The notes beneath the pieces were generated by a model. It did no database searches. It was given only the letters and a program-made list of their open reading frames with translations, and had not been told where the DNA came from. 64,000 bases of DNA, taken from Macrostomum lignano. Its lineage: Eukaryota. The stretch's first letter is position 1. Every line of letters begins with the position of its first letter. Below, piece after piece: positions 37,690-49,252 of this stretch. The stretch is from assembly GCA_002269645.1 (NCBI GenBank), contig NIVC01000012.1, positions 992,001-1,056,000 of the forward strand, given 5' to 3'. The position numbers were made by a program, and so were the translations under genes.

Positions 37690-39400
37690 TGTCACTCACT
37701 AATTTAATCACTCACTCCGGAGTCCGGCTCCAGAGCAGAGACTGCGAGTCTGTGGCGCAGCGGAGCTCACCGCTGCTCGGCCATCGCAGGATTTTGAGTG
37801 CCGCTTGAAGGCCCAGCCGGATTGCGCACTCCTCGGCTCTGAAGGACGAGGTGCCGCGGCCAGTCGGGGCCTGTAGCCGTTGTGGTGGACGGCCGGGGAC
37901 GATCAAGACGGCGTCCTCACCGCCGCGCAGAGTGCCGCCGGTCGCAGAGCCGTCAGTCCAGAGCTGCAAGTCTGGCTGCGGAAGAGCGGCTAGGGTTTCT
38001 AAGGCCTCCCTTAGCGCGCCAAGACTCTCCTCCTGTACATCATCAACCTTTCGTGAAGAAAGGCGGAGAGAGGCGGCTCGGCGACATCCGCCCGATTACC
38101 AAGCCGGAAAAATCACCGGACCTCACCGCCAACTATCGCCCCATCTGTCTTCGTTCCTGCGTTGCGAAGGTCGCTGAAAGGATGGTCAACGAATGCCTCA
38201 CACACTTCCTTGAAGAGGGCTGCCTGATCAACCCAACATAGGTCGGCTTCCGTAGGTACCGCTCCACTGAGGAGAAAATCACTGCCGTCATACAGTACAT
38301 CTTCGACGGCCTGCAGACGAAGAAGCCAGCAAAGCGTTCAGCTCTCCTCCTCGGTGTTTTTTCGAGAGCCTACGACCGCGTGTGGCGAAATTCCCAAACC
38401 GTCAACCTTCACCGCAAGAGGGTCCCCACCTGCATGAACCGATGTCTCAGAAGGTTCCTCTTGGATAGACGCGCCTGAATCATCTGGAATGGAACCAGAA
38501 GCCGGATCCTTACTCCGATGGCCTTCCGCAATGCTCGGTCCTCGCCCCGACCCTGTGGATCGTCTTCATGGACGACCTCCTGCATGGCGCGACTAAGGAC
38601 GTCCTGACAATGGCATACGCCAACGACAGCACCTTTAGAGCTCAGGGGACGACTGCCCGTGACTACCCGTGAGTGCGAGGTCCACCTTCCAGACCTGGAA
38701 GGTGGACCTCAGCAGGACCAAGTCGGTTTGTCGCGGACTTCTGTCTCGACCCGCGGGAGCCACGCATCATGCTCGAAGACTCCCAGGACCCCTTCGAACT
38801 GCACCCAAAACTGCTTGTGTTTATCTGGATCCGCAGCTTATCTTCCGCCACCAAGCCTCAATTCAGCGCAGGAACCTGCAAAAGCGCACCAGTGTCCTGA
38901 GGTGCCTCACCGACCGTGACTGGGGTCAGGACTCGCACACTCTCACGCTTGCATCGCACCTATGCCTAATCTGCTGTCCTCCATGGCGCGGCAGCCTGTC
39001 TAAACTTCGCTTCGGACTCATGCCGCCAAGGAGGTGGAGACAGCACACAATTCGGTCGCCAGGGTCATCACCGGCTGCTGCCCGCGGTCCACACCTGTTG
39101 CGGCACTCCTTCAAGAAGCCAAGCTCCAACCTCTTACCCCGCGCGCTGCGACCGCTGGCGCCACCCTCCTTGACAGGATTCTGAGGCAACACCAGCTGAC
39201 TCCACTCCGCCGGCTAGCCGAGCTTACTTGTAACATCGCTCCGAGACTACGCGCCCATGGCGCCAACGGCAGCTTCCACGCCGGCGTCGAGGATGCGCCG
39301 AGAGAGATGGACAACGCGCCAATTCCGCACTGGCATGCCGATTGCCGGGTCACCATTGCCCGGACCTCTGCGGCACGACGTCCCGCGAGGACCCACCTGT
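37690..39400 (+). mobile_element. Decayed I-group-like LINE: reverse transcriptase on plus (~38045-39400), RNase H fragment on minus (~37700-38040)
   Basis: Plus strand: NYRPICLRSCVAKVAERMVN, GFRRYRSTEE, SRAYDRVW, LPQCSVLAPTLWIVFMDDL, AYANDS. Minus strand: LWTDGSA...SSFRAEECAI...ATDSQS. Confidence 0.8.
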
Positions 39401-39559
39401 GAGTCGGGGTCGCATGTGTACTTTACTTCAGGTCAGGTGATGCACCTCAAATATATATTCACCGGTTGCGGGCTCTTGTGAGATCCGTACTATTTTTCCA
39501 CCTCGCGGTAACCGTCTGAGTTTACTCACTACACCACCGCATATCCTCAAAGTGCATGA

Positions 39560-39850
39560 ATATCCGTTGTAGCCTAGTGGTTACAGCGTCGGACTCACTA
39601 CTTAAGGGTCGGCGCCTGGTTCGATTCTCGATGCCACTGAACGTTTTTGTCCGTGAGCAAGTCACTTACGAGCGTAACTCTGAATTAATTCAGCTCACAC
39701 AGCTGTAAAATAGGTGCCAGCATTAGCTGGGGTAATTGAGGGTGTGTGGCGACCCCCCCCCCCAGAATCCTTGGACTGAACAGCCCTGCGCAGCCTTCAG
39801 ATCGCCGCGCAATAGCTGCAGCTGAGCTGTCGGTTGCACATCTGCCCATT
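39560..39850 (+). mobile_element. tRNA-derived SINE
   Basis: A box TAGCCTAGTGG (39570), B box GGTTCGATTC (39618), followed by GAGCAAGTCACTT and CAGCTGTAAAATAGGT body motifs typical of conserved-domain SINEs. Confidence 0.65.
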
Positions 39851-40419
39851 AGGGCAGGTGAAATCGCTCATAAAAAATGAATACCGCTTGTCCACGATGT
39901 GACACAAAGCCTTGCGACTAGGTGCGGCTGGTCACTTGATTACAATATTGTGATCAGCATCGCGGAGACACGGTCACCATGTGCTGGAAAAGGAAGTCCA
40001 CGAAAAGATCCCACGCGATCAAGATTGAGAAGAAACCAGTAATACTGTTCAAGGAAATCATGTTGACTTTTTAATCTTACCTGTTTAAACAAATTGCTTT
40101 ATTTGGTAGGCATGTCAAATTTATAGACACCGAGATAAAAAAAACAGTTTTCAACTTTCCGGTGAGTCAAAACTGGCAAGTTGCAGAAATTCGACTGTTT
40201 TGCACTGGAAATAAAGCAAAAATATAACACAGATAAGATTTTAACCTTCAACAACAGACCAAATTTATAACTGAGATTTGGATCGTTTTCCGGTCGATCT
40301 TGCACTGCTTGGGCATATAAGCAGTCAAACTTGACTGTCTGCAATTAGACGACATAAACTAATACGATCTCTGTTCCTTGTCACACGTTAAAACAGACGG
40401 AGACAGTCCTGCTGACAAA

Positions 40420-41567
40420 ATGCGACTCATCTTACTCATCGCACTGGGTCTATTAGCTGGAGTGACTATTAGTGAGTAAATGCGGTTTTGGAGACCAAGA
40501 CAGAGAGGTTGACGTTTTTCATGTTTGGAGTGACTGTGTGAGTCATTGGAGTCCAGGATTGAATGACTGACCGAGTGTTTACCTTCATGAATGAGTGACC
40601 CAGGGGATGACTGAGTGTGAGGCTTGGTGGGTGCCCCGTTGAGTACCGAGTGAGCGACCGAGTGGGTGTCCAGTTTCGGAGGCAATGTGCGCAGCAAAAA
40701 AGTAAGGCGCATTCCAAAACTCCGCAAAAATCGCAGGTCAAGGCGCCTCGCTCAGCTGCTCATACGACTCGGACTGCCCGAACCGGAGACTCTGCTGTCA
40801 CACCGAAGATAACTCAGAGCCATTCGAGAACCGCGACGTTGGAGTTTGCGCAGCTCGATGCTCGGTTGAAGAAACTCCAAGGTGAGTTGCTACCTAAGTG
40901 CAGCTGCAGCTTTTGCAGAAACATCACCGGACTCAGCACATCCAAGTCAATCCTTCAGATACTCTGAATATAAAAAAATTGCCAATCCCCAGACACAGCA
41001 CATCAAACACCCATCCGCAGACACAGAACACATCAAACACCAATCCGCAGACACAGAACACATCAAACACCCATCCGCAGACACAGAACAAATCAAACAC
41101 CCATCCGCAGACACAGAACACATCAAACACCCATCCGCAGACACAGAACACATCAAACACCCATCCGCAGACACAGAACACATCAAACACCCATCCGCAG
41201 ACACAGAACACATCAAACACCCATCCGCAGACACAAGCGCCACATCGCGGTCCTCAGAGGCCTGGGAATTATTGTTCCGAGACTCGCCCGGTGGTACCGA
41301 AGCCACGGTGTTGGCTCCACAACCAGCACAGGACTTCAGGTCATCACCCGCCGAGGCGGCTTCAATCAGGCCAACAATTACTTTGACAAATTTCTGAGGC
41401 GATATGACATCGAGTCGGTGTTTCCGATTGCGCACGGCGGTCGAGTCGCAATCGGCAGAGACGGCTACAGGATGATCGTCAGGCAGCGAAGCAAAGACGG
41501 CAGGCCGACGTTGGAACTGCAGAATGACTGGGGCAAGTCCATGATCAAGTATCGGTACGATCCATGA
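40420..41567 (+). CDS. Secreted prepro-protein B (paralog of A); exons 40420-40471, 40737-40881, 41231-41567 (177 aa)
   Basis: MRLILLIALGLLAGVTI; exon 2 CSYDSDCPNRRLCC...CAARCSVEETP, phase 2 (CCAAG|GTGAGT); exon 3 RHKRHIAVLRGLGIIVPRLARWY...GGFNQANNYFDKF...DGYRMIVRQRSKDGRPTLELQNDWGKSMIKYRYDP*, open with no stops. Confidence 0.7.
40990..41230 (+). repeat. 30-bp tandem repeat x8, homologous to 35176-35960
   Basis: Unit CGCAGACACAGAACACATCAAACACCCATC. Confidence 0.92.
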
Positions 41568-43425
41568 ATCCTGGATACTTCTGCTGTAGTGGTACATTTT
41601 GTAGCTACATGAGACTATTCAGTTTTCAGCCATAAATTGTCAGATTCCTCGGCGTATTGAACTGCCAACACATTCTTTCAGTTGTTTTTCGTTTTTTGTA
41701 TATCATTTGAGATACCGAGAACACTTCGTTAAATAAACAAAAAAATTCCGCCTTTTCTGAGTCACTACTAGTGCTCCCGATAGTAGTAGTACGATAAGAA
41801 AATTCAAATTTGCCGATTGTCAACGAATTTATAAATTTATTAAATATTGAATTTTCATTTTCGTTCAAATCCGACTGTTTCGAATATAATGAACTAGCAA
41901 TTTCCCTAACTGGGAATAACTTTTCAACGCCTTCAATTAAATCAGTAAGATAACTTTATCGAATTGATAAAGCTTTTCTTTAATAAATTCAATATACATG
42001 TACCAATCAGTGAAAATGTCCATTCACTTTCAAATGGAGTTTATTTTTTCGGAGTTTTGGTAGCAATTTCTGTATCTAACAGAACCGAACGAAAGTATCG
42101 GCTAAGACAGACGACTTCGTGACTGCTAGTAGTTTGTTGTGCGGCCAGTGCGGGTTGTTAAAGTTGGTGTGCCAAGGCAAAGATTTTAAGGTGACACCAC
42201 ACCATCGACAACTGAAGTATATAGATGGACGATGGACTCGAGCGTATTAGAAATTTATACTCTTCTATCGCTGGAGAAATCGGGTTTCTCTCGATCGAAA
42301 GGTCTATAGTCGATGACACACTGCACTTCTACGAACAGTGGATTCATATTACGAGCGTACTTACTAAATAACTAGCTAGTTACTTGAAGTATCATAGAGA
42401 CATTTCCCTCTTGATAAGAAAGCATTGATATTTTAATCAATTATAGGCGTCTATAATGTTAGTAGGTGGCGTCTATAATGTTTAAAAACTCAAAATATGT
42501 ATATTAAACCTAAGTTAATCACAACTGCCGAAGCAATTTAGCGGAAATCGTACAAGAAAATCCTATCAGAATTTGGTCGGAAAGTACTAATCCCGAATCG
42601 ATAATCAAATTTGAACCCAACCAACTGTATACGAGCGTATACTATGCTATATATACTAGTGCATGTTTGAATAGTTCAGCTGCAAGCTGTGCTAACACCG
42701 CAGCAACTATGCAGTGAAATTAGGCCTGAAAAGTATAAGAATTCATTGATTGGACAAGTGGCTGAAGTGAGGCCAGGCCGGCAAAGGGAAATGTTGAGGG
42801 AGACTCTGGAAGCCCCCCCCGCACGCGATCATGTCGCTCCATGTCGGCTCCGCGGGCTGCCACCACACCAACCCAGAGTTTAAAAAGTGCAGACATTTCT
42901 GAGGAAAAAACAGTGACCAAGAAAATATGAGGGACTGTTGGGGTTCGGGGGAAGAGAGAAAATGAATTGGAGGGAGGGGAGCAGCCTCGGTAGCCTGCTG
43001 TACGCACAGGGCAAGTTGAAGAGGGCCTTCAAACCCCTCCTCCCTTCTCTGCCTGTCTCTCCGCTCCTGTCAACTCCCCGGGCCTTGCACGGGGGGGGGG
43101 GGCAACAAGACTTACCGTTTTGCTTAAGGCCGGCCGGCAGGGCTTGCCAGGCCAGTCCAGGGCTTGCTTGCTTGCCATGGCTTCTCTATTGGTCGGGCCA
43201 CATGGTCCTTAATGCGGACGCTTCTTCCGACCAACATTGATTCGCGCATTCGCATGTTTGGCCACACCCACCACACAGAGGAAAAAATTATAAGAAAGGG
43301 AATCTTAGCCTAGCCTAGAAAACTATCAGGCGCAGACAGAGAACAGCCGTGGACGTAGATGGTTTAAAGACAATTTGCTTTGTTTGATACATCAGCCGGA
43401 CTGACAATATTTCCTAGAATCGGGA

Positions 43426-44871
43426 ATGCACTTTCTCGGCGGGATTCTCTTGACAATGGGAGCAGCATTCTGCTGGCTGCCCAACTCTGCGAGTCAGGCG
43501 GCTCCACCTCAACCGAAAAAGACAATCTACGACAGCTTGCTGACTCACCTATTTGACAAATACGCCCCGAGCGCCATGCCAATTTGTAAAGTTGGCGATA
43601 AACTCGAGGTCAGCCAGGACATGCTGCTCTACCAGCTGTTCGACTTGGACGAGCCAACCCAGATGCTCAGCGTGGACGTGTGGGTTGAATCAACCTGGCA
43701 GGACTGTCGACTGGTCTGGGACCCCGCCAGCTTCAATAATGTGACCGAGTTCGCCATCAAGTCCGAACAGATCTGGTACCCCGATCTCATCTTCTACGAG
43801 TCGTTGCACGGCAACTTCGAGGAGGGCATGTTCATCTACGGTGAGTCCACCGCTAGGGTGCGCCACGATGGCTGGGTGAAGCTCGGTGCCCAAGCCCTGT
43901 TCAAAGCCTTCTGCCGGGTCAACATCCGGCAGTTTCCCTACGACAGCCAGCGCTGCAACATCACCTTCAGCAGTTGGACAAAGGACGCGCGCACCTTCCG
44001 GTTGAAGCGGAAGAGCGGCGAAACTGGCGACAAGAAAGATCACGCCTTCGCAGAGGCCAGCAACGGCGAGTGGGAGGTGACGGGATTCCCGTCCTACAAC
44101 CGGATGACGGCCAGGAACATCGGTGTGCTCGAGAACGAAACCGCCGAGTACACGGAGGTCGTGTTCCAACTGCGGCTGCGGCGCAAGTACCTGTTCCACC
44201 AGACCTACATGCTGTTCCCCTGCATGCTGCTCACCTGGCTAGCGGCTTTCGCGTTCTTCCTGCCAACCGAGTGCGGCGAGAGAATCGCCTACATCACCAC
44301 CATACTGCTGTCTCTGGTGGTGTTCCTGCTGCTAGTGGCCGAAAATATTCCACGATCGGGCGACGCCGTGCCCATACTAGGGGTGTACTTCTGCCTCGCC
44401 GTCTGCCTGGTGAGCGTGGCCAATCTCATGGTCATTGCGTCCTACAATGTCAGCCTGAAGCCCAACGACTTCTGCCCGCCCGAGTGGCTGCGCCGGTGCT
44501 GCTTCCGCCTCGGCCCGCTGGTGGGCTTCCTGCCCACGCACCACAACGGCCGGGCGAAGCTCCTGGCGTTCCGGATGAACCCGCGAAATCCAACGACCTC
44601 TTCGAATGCCGAGGCGGCGACGGCGGCGGCGGACGCTGACGGTGACGAGTGCCGGACAGCCGACGCGCCGCTGGCCGACGAATCAGCGGACGACAAAACC
44701 GCCAAGACCGCAGCCGCCGCCAGGCCGGGCAACGCCAACACGTGGCGCTACCTGGGCATCGTGATGGACCGGCTATTTTTCGGCCTGTACCTGGTGGCCA
44801 ACCTGATTGGCACCGTGTGGATTCTGGCCGCCGCGTCGGCTGCCACGGCAGGTGAAAGCGGCACCAATTGA
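43426..44871 (+). CDS. Intronless Cys-loop ligand-gated ion channel subunit, nicotinic acetylcholine receptor-like, non-alpha
   Basis: Signal peptide; WQDCRLVWDP; IWYPDL; Cys-loop CRVNIRQFPYDSQRC; four TM segments; ECGERI before M2; no vicinal Cys-Cys in loop C. Confidence 0.92.
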   Translation: MHFLGGILLTMGAAFCWLPNSASQAAPPQPKKTIYDSLLTHLFDKYAPSAMPICKVGDKLEVSQDMLLYQLFDLDEPTQMLSVDVWVESTWQDCRLVWDPASFNNVTEFAIKSEQIWYPDLIFYESLHGNFEEGMFIYGESTARVRHDGWVKLGAQALFKAFCRVNIRQFPYDSQRCNITFSSWTKDARTFRLKRKSGETGDKKDHAFAEASNGEWEVTGFPSYNRMTARNIGVLENETAEYTEVVFQLRLRRKYLFHQTYMLFPCMLLTWLAAFAFFLPTECGERIAYITTILLSLVVFLLLVAENIPRSGDAVPILGVYFCLAVCLVSVANLMVIASYNVSLKPNDFCPPEWLRRCCFRLGPLVGFLPTHHNGRAKLLAFRMNPRNPTTSSNAEAATAAADADGDECRTADAPLADESADDKTAKTAAAARPGNANTWRYLGIVMDRLFFGLYLVANLIGTVWILAAASAATAGESGTN

Positions 44872-45134
44872 GAGGCTGGATTTGGCAGTTGGTAAATTTT
44901 CCTTTGTTGATGAGGTTAGCTGTTAATCAAAAATAGTATCTGTCTTCATTGTACTCAGCATTGTATGATTCAATAAATAGATTAATTACCCAATCTTCAT
45001 CTTCAGCTATCTTTAGTAATTGTTTGTACATGTACATGCGTCTGACATTTACAAACGTATGTATGAAATTTTTGCATGCATGTATATTCGAGGGAAGGAG
45101 CAAAGACTTTAAAATAACAGGAGGCTCAATGCAG

Positions 45135-45358
45135 GGACTACCCAATACTCGGGACTTGAAACTACAAAATTTGTAGGCCGATCTACGAGCTATTAATAAC
45201 TGAGTCTTCGAAAGGCATTACTTGGATAGGTTCCACCTTGCAGTCAGTGAGTTTGTGTCTGTGGTAAAAACCTATCCAAGCCATGCTTTCAAGGACTAAG
45301 TTATTATTAGATCGGCCTCCAAATTTTGTGGTTTCAAGTCCCGAGCATTGAGTAGTCC
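45135..45358. mobile_element. Palindromic foldback / MITE-like element (~224 bp)
   Basis: Arms GGACTACCCAATACTCGGGACTTGAAACTACAAAATTTG...TTGGATAGGTT and AACCTATCCAAG...GGTTTCAAGTCCCGAGCATTGAGTAGTCC; AG on both flanks. Confidence 0.7.
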
Positions 45359-47235
45359 AGCTGGCTCGATGCTTTAAAAAGTGACAAATTTACTTCGAAT
45401 TTTTGTAGTGAAATTCGTAGAGTATTTAGCGTTCAAGATTAGATCCTCGCATTAATTAATCCTGGAAATACGAGTATATATAGTCCAAATATAACATATG
45501 ATACATGCAGCTACTTAATTGCATGTCTCGATGACTAGGCTGAGGCTGAGGGAAGATCGTTATCGGGAAAGATCCAAACAGGAAAGAGGCGGAATGAAGG
45601 TTGACAGACAGCATGACTGATGCTAAATCTAGGCAGGCTTATTTGCATAGAAGCAAATCCAGTGCAGAGCATTGCAAACACAGCTAGATTGGGCCAGCAA
45701 CTCAGCTTTATAAGCTCAATGTAGTTTTTACCTTAGTCTAATCATCGCTCTAACCAAACAACCCTTTTTACCTGTCTGTCTCCCTCCCTTTCCCCCGGGC
45801 CTGCATGGCGCTAATTATTATAGAAGCCGCGGCCTTTTTGCTCAGCTCTTTGGTCTTTGATAGAAAAACTGATAATTTCACTTGCTTTCTCTGACTTTCG
45901 AGCCTCCCAGATCAGGGACTGCTAGATTTTGAAGTCCCATGGATTGGAAGCTTATGCCAATCAAAAGCAGTGCATTAATATAGTTATATTCAAATTATAA
46001 TAAGGACCCATTTAGCTAAAGATAAAAAGTCAATAATGTTAATTTGTTATAATGGTAATATATCTTATAAAGTTTTTGCTCTGTTATTAAATAGTATAAT
46101 AACTTTAATTGAAATCTTTACTTAAAAATTAAATACTCTGAAGTATCAAAAGGCATTTTCAGCTTAAAATGAGTCCTTACCTAATACAATTTCATCAACT
46201 GTTATAAAGTTCATCATACATGTAGGTGGCTATTCGTACCGTATCCCCTCCATTAAATACTCAAACGTAAAAAAGACTTTCTTGAAAAACAAAAGTTAGT
46301 TTCTAACAAAGGTCAAACGCCAAAAAAATCGGTAGTTTCTAAAATTAAATAAATCTTTATTTGATAAATGAGTATAGATCTTTTTGGTTGAAATTTCAGG
46401 TTTAGGATTATCGCTACCGTACGAAAAACCTCCATTAAAGTGCATTGCGTTATGCGTTACTCATATTGTTAAAAACTAACTACGAAATTGTATCTGTTTC
46501 TATAATATCTAATTTAAAAAAACTAAACGAGAAGGCTATGGTGAAACATATATTACCTTTCCTGTAGACAACAGTAAAAGTCTAGGAGCCCCCGCGGCCT
46601 GATCCGTGATTTATGATCGTGTTGGAGCAAATTTATGACAGTGACAACTAGGCTTAAATTTGCAGTAAAACAAAACAATAACGACTGTGTTCGAGACATG
46701 AAATATAAAGAATTTTTTGCTGCTTAAAGCAATAAGCTGCTGTTCATTAATCAATTTTAGTACAATTCAATCGCTTAAGGAACTTTAAATAATCATCTTT
46801 TTTAATTGATTTAATTGTTGTACCTTTTTGTTTAAATATTGTTGCACCTTTGGCTTACCCGAATAATTACGTCCTGTCATTATAATTGTCTAAATTTGTT
46901 AAAATTTGCTATAAATTTGCTGTTCTGTACAAGGCAAACGTACGAATATACGAATGTACGAATGCAATTTTACCAATAAATATTAACGCCATGTTCGTTA
47001 CAGATATATTTTATTTATTTAAGCCTACCAAAACAGCTTTTTCTAATCAGCTTTAAAATCACCTGTTTTATCCATAATTCTTGTTGCATATACATATTGT
47101 CTGATTGATGTCTGTGTGCTAAATAAAACTATTAATTATAAACACGAGGCTCGTCTGTTCCTTTTTGCTTCCGTTTATTCAGGTCTTTAGCAAAATAAAA
47201 TTACGAATGTTACTTATGTAAGCAAGGGTTTGTGT

Positions 47236-48848
47236 CACCTGTGTTAGACAGGGCTGGGTGTGTCACTTGGTGTTAGACAGGGGTGAAAGTCACCTACTAG
47301 TGTTAGATAGGGGTGTCATCTAGTGTTAGACAGGGGTGTCACCTAGTGTTAGACAGGGGTGTCACAGAGTGTTAGACAGGGGTGTCACCTAGTGTTAGAC
47401 AGGGGTGTCACAGAGTGTTAGACAGGGGTGTCACATAGTGTTAGACAGGGGTGTTACATAGTGTTAGACAGGGGTGTCACAGAGTGTTAGACAGGGGTGT
47501 CACATAGTGTTAGACAGGGGTGTCACATAGTGTTAGACAGGGGTGTCACATAGTGTTAGACAGGGGTGTCACATAGTGTTAGACAGGGGTGTCACTTGGT
47601 GTTAGATAGGGTGTCACCTACATGTAGTGTTAGACAGGGGTGTCACTTGGTGTTAGACTGGGGTGTCACCGACAGGGGGTGGACGTCACCTACAGTCTTA
47701 GACAGGGGTGTCACCTAGTGTTAGACAGGGGTGTCACCTAGTGTTAGACAGGGGTGTCACTTGGTGTTAGACTGGGGTGTCACCGACAGGGGGTGGACGT
47801 CACCTACAGTCTTAGACAGGGGTGTCACCTAGTGTTAGACAGGGGTGTCACCTAGTGTTAGACAGGGGTGTCACCTAGTGTTAGACAGGGGTGTCACCTA
47901 GTGTTAGACAGGGGTGTCACTTGGTGTTAGACTGGGGTGTCACCGACAGGGGGTGGACGTCACCTACAGTCTTAGACAGGGGTGTCACCTAGTGTTAGAC
48001 AGGGGTGTCACTTGGTGTTAGACAGGGGTGTCACCTACATGTAGTGTTAGACAGGGGTGTCACTTGGTGTTAGACTGGGGTGCCACCGACAGGGGGTGGA
48101 CGTCACCTACAGTCTTAGACAGGGGTGTCACCTAGTGTTAGACAGGGGTGTCACTTGGTGTTAGATAGGGTGTCACCTACATGTAGTGTTAGACAGGGGT
48201 GTCACTTGGTGTTAGACTGGGGTGTCACCGACAGGGGGTGGACGTCACCTAGTCTTAGACAGGGGTGTCACCTAGTGTTAGACAGGGGTGTCACCTAGTG
48301 TTAGACAGGGGTGTCACTTGGTGTTAGACTGGGGTGCCACCGACAGGGGGTGGACGTCACCTACAGTCTTAGACAGGGGTGTCACCTAGTGTTAGACAGG
48401 GGTGTCACTTGGTGTTAGATAGGGTGTCACCTACATGTAGTGTTAGACAGGGGTGTCACTTGGTGTTAGACTGGGGTGTCACCGACAGGGGGTGGACGTC
48501 ACCTAGTCTTAGACAGGGGTGTCACCTAGTGTTAGACAGGGGTGTCACCTAGTGTTAGACAGGGGTGTCACTTGGTGTTAGACAGGGGTGTCACTTGGTG
48601 TTAGATAGGGTGTCACCTACATGTAGTGTTAGACAGGGGTGTCACTTGGTGTTAGACTGGGGTGTCACCGACAGGGGGTGGACGTCACCTACAGTCTTAG
48701 ACAGGGGTGTCACCTAGTGTTAGACAGGGGTGTCACTTGGTGTTAGACTGGGGTGTCACCGACAGGGGTTGGACGTCACCTACAGTCTTAGACAGGGGTG
48801 TCACCTAATGTTAGACAGGGGGTCACCTGGTGTTAAACAGGGGGTCAC
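47236..48848. repeat. ~21-bp minisatellite (CTAGTGTTAGACAGGGGTGTCAC) with higher-order variants
   Basis: Direct periodicity. Confidence 0.93.
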
Positions 48849-49252
48849 ATGTGTAAGAGAAAAGTACAAAGATGTACTCGTAAGTGAAATAACGGCGCAC
48901 ATGTAAATTCACATGAAAATTTATTTAAATAATTATAACAGCCGCAGCGTACACAACATTTTATTACAGAAATTTTAAACATTAAATTCATTTGTCAAAA
49001 CTAAAGCTCATGATGTTTCCGCAAGTCCAAGTACAGTAAACACTGCGCCGCAAGAGTATGAAAGAATTTCAAATTCATTTTTACTAAATGCAGACTTTTT
49101 ACAGGAACACGTGACACAGTTGCAATAATAGTTAGTGTTAGCTAGGCAAAACATGCCTTTAACTAGGTCAGCCAGTAAGCATGCCAAGGAGTCGTTACAG
49201 AGAGAACTCCGGAGGAAGTCGCGTGAACTGTCTTTATTGTCTTTTATACACG

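Noticed and set aside
34614-41567. Bacterial contamination as the source of the toxin-like domain
   Set aside because: The domain sits in a gene with GT-AG introns, a eukaryotic signal peptide and convertase site, and is flanked by animal transposons.
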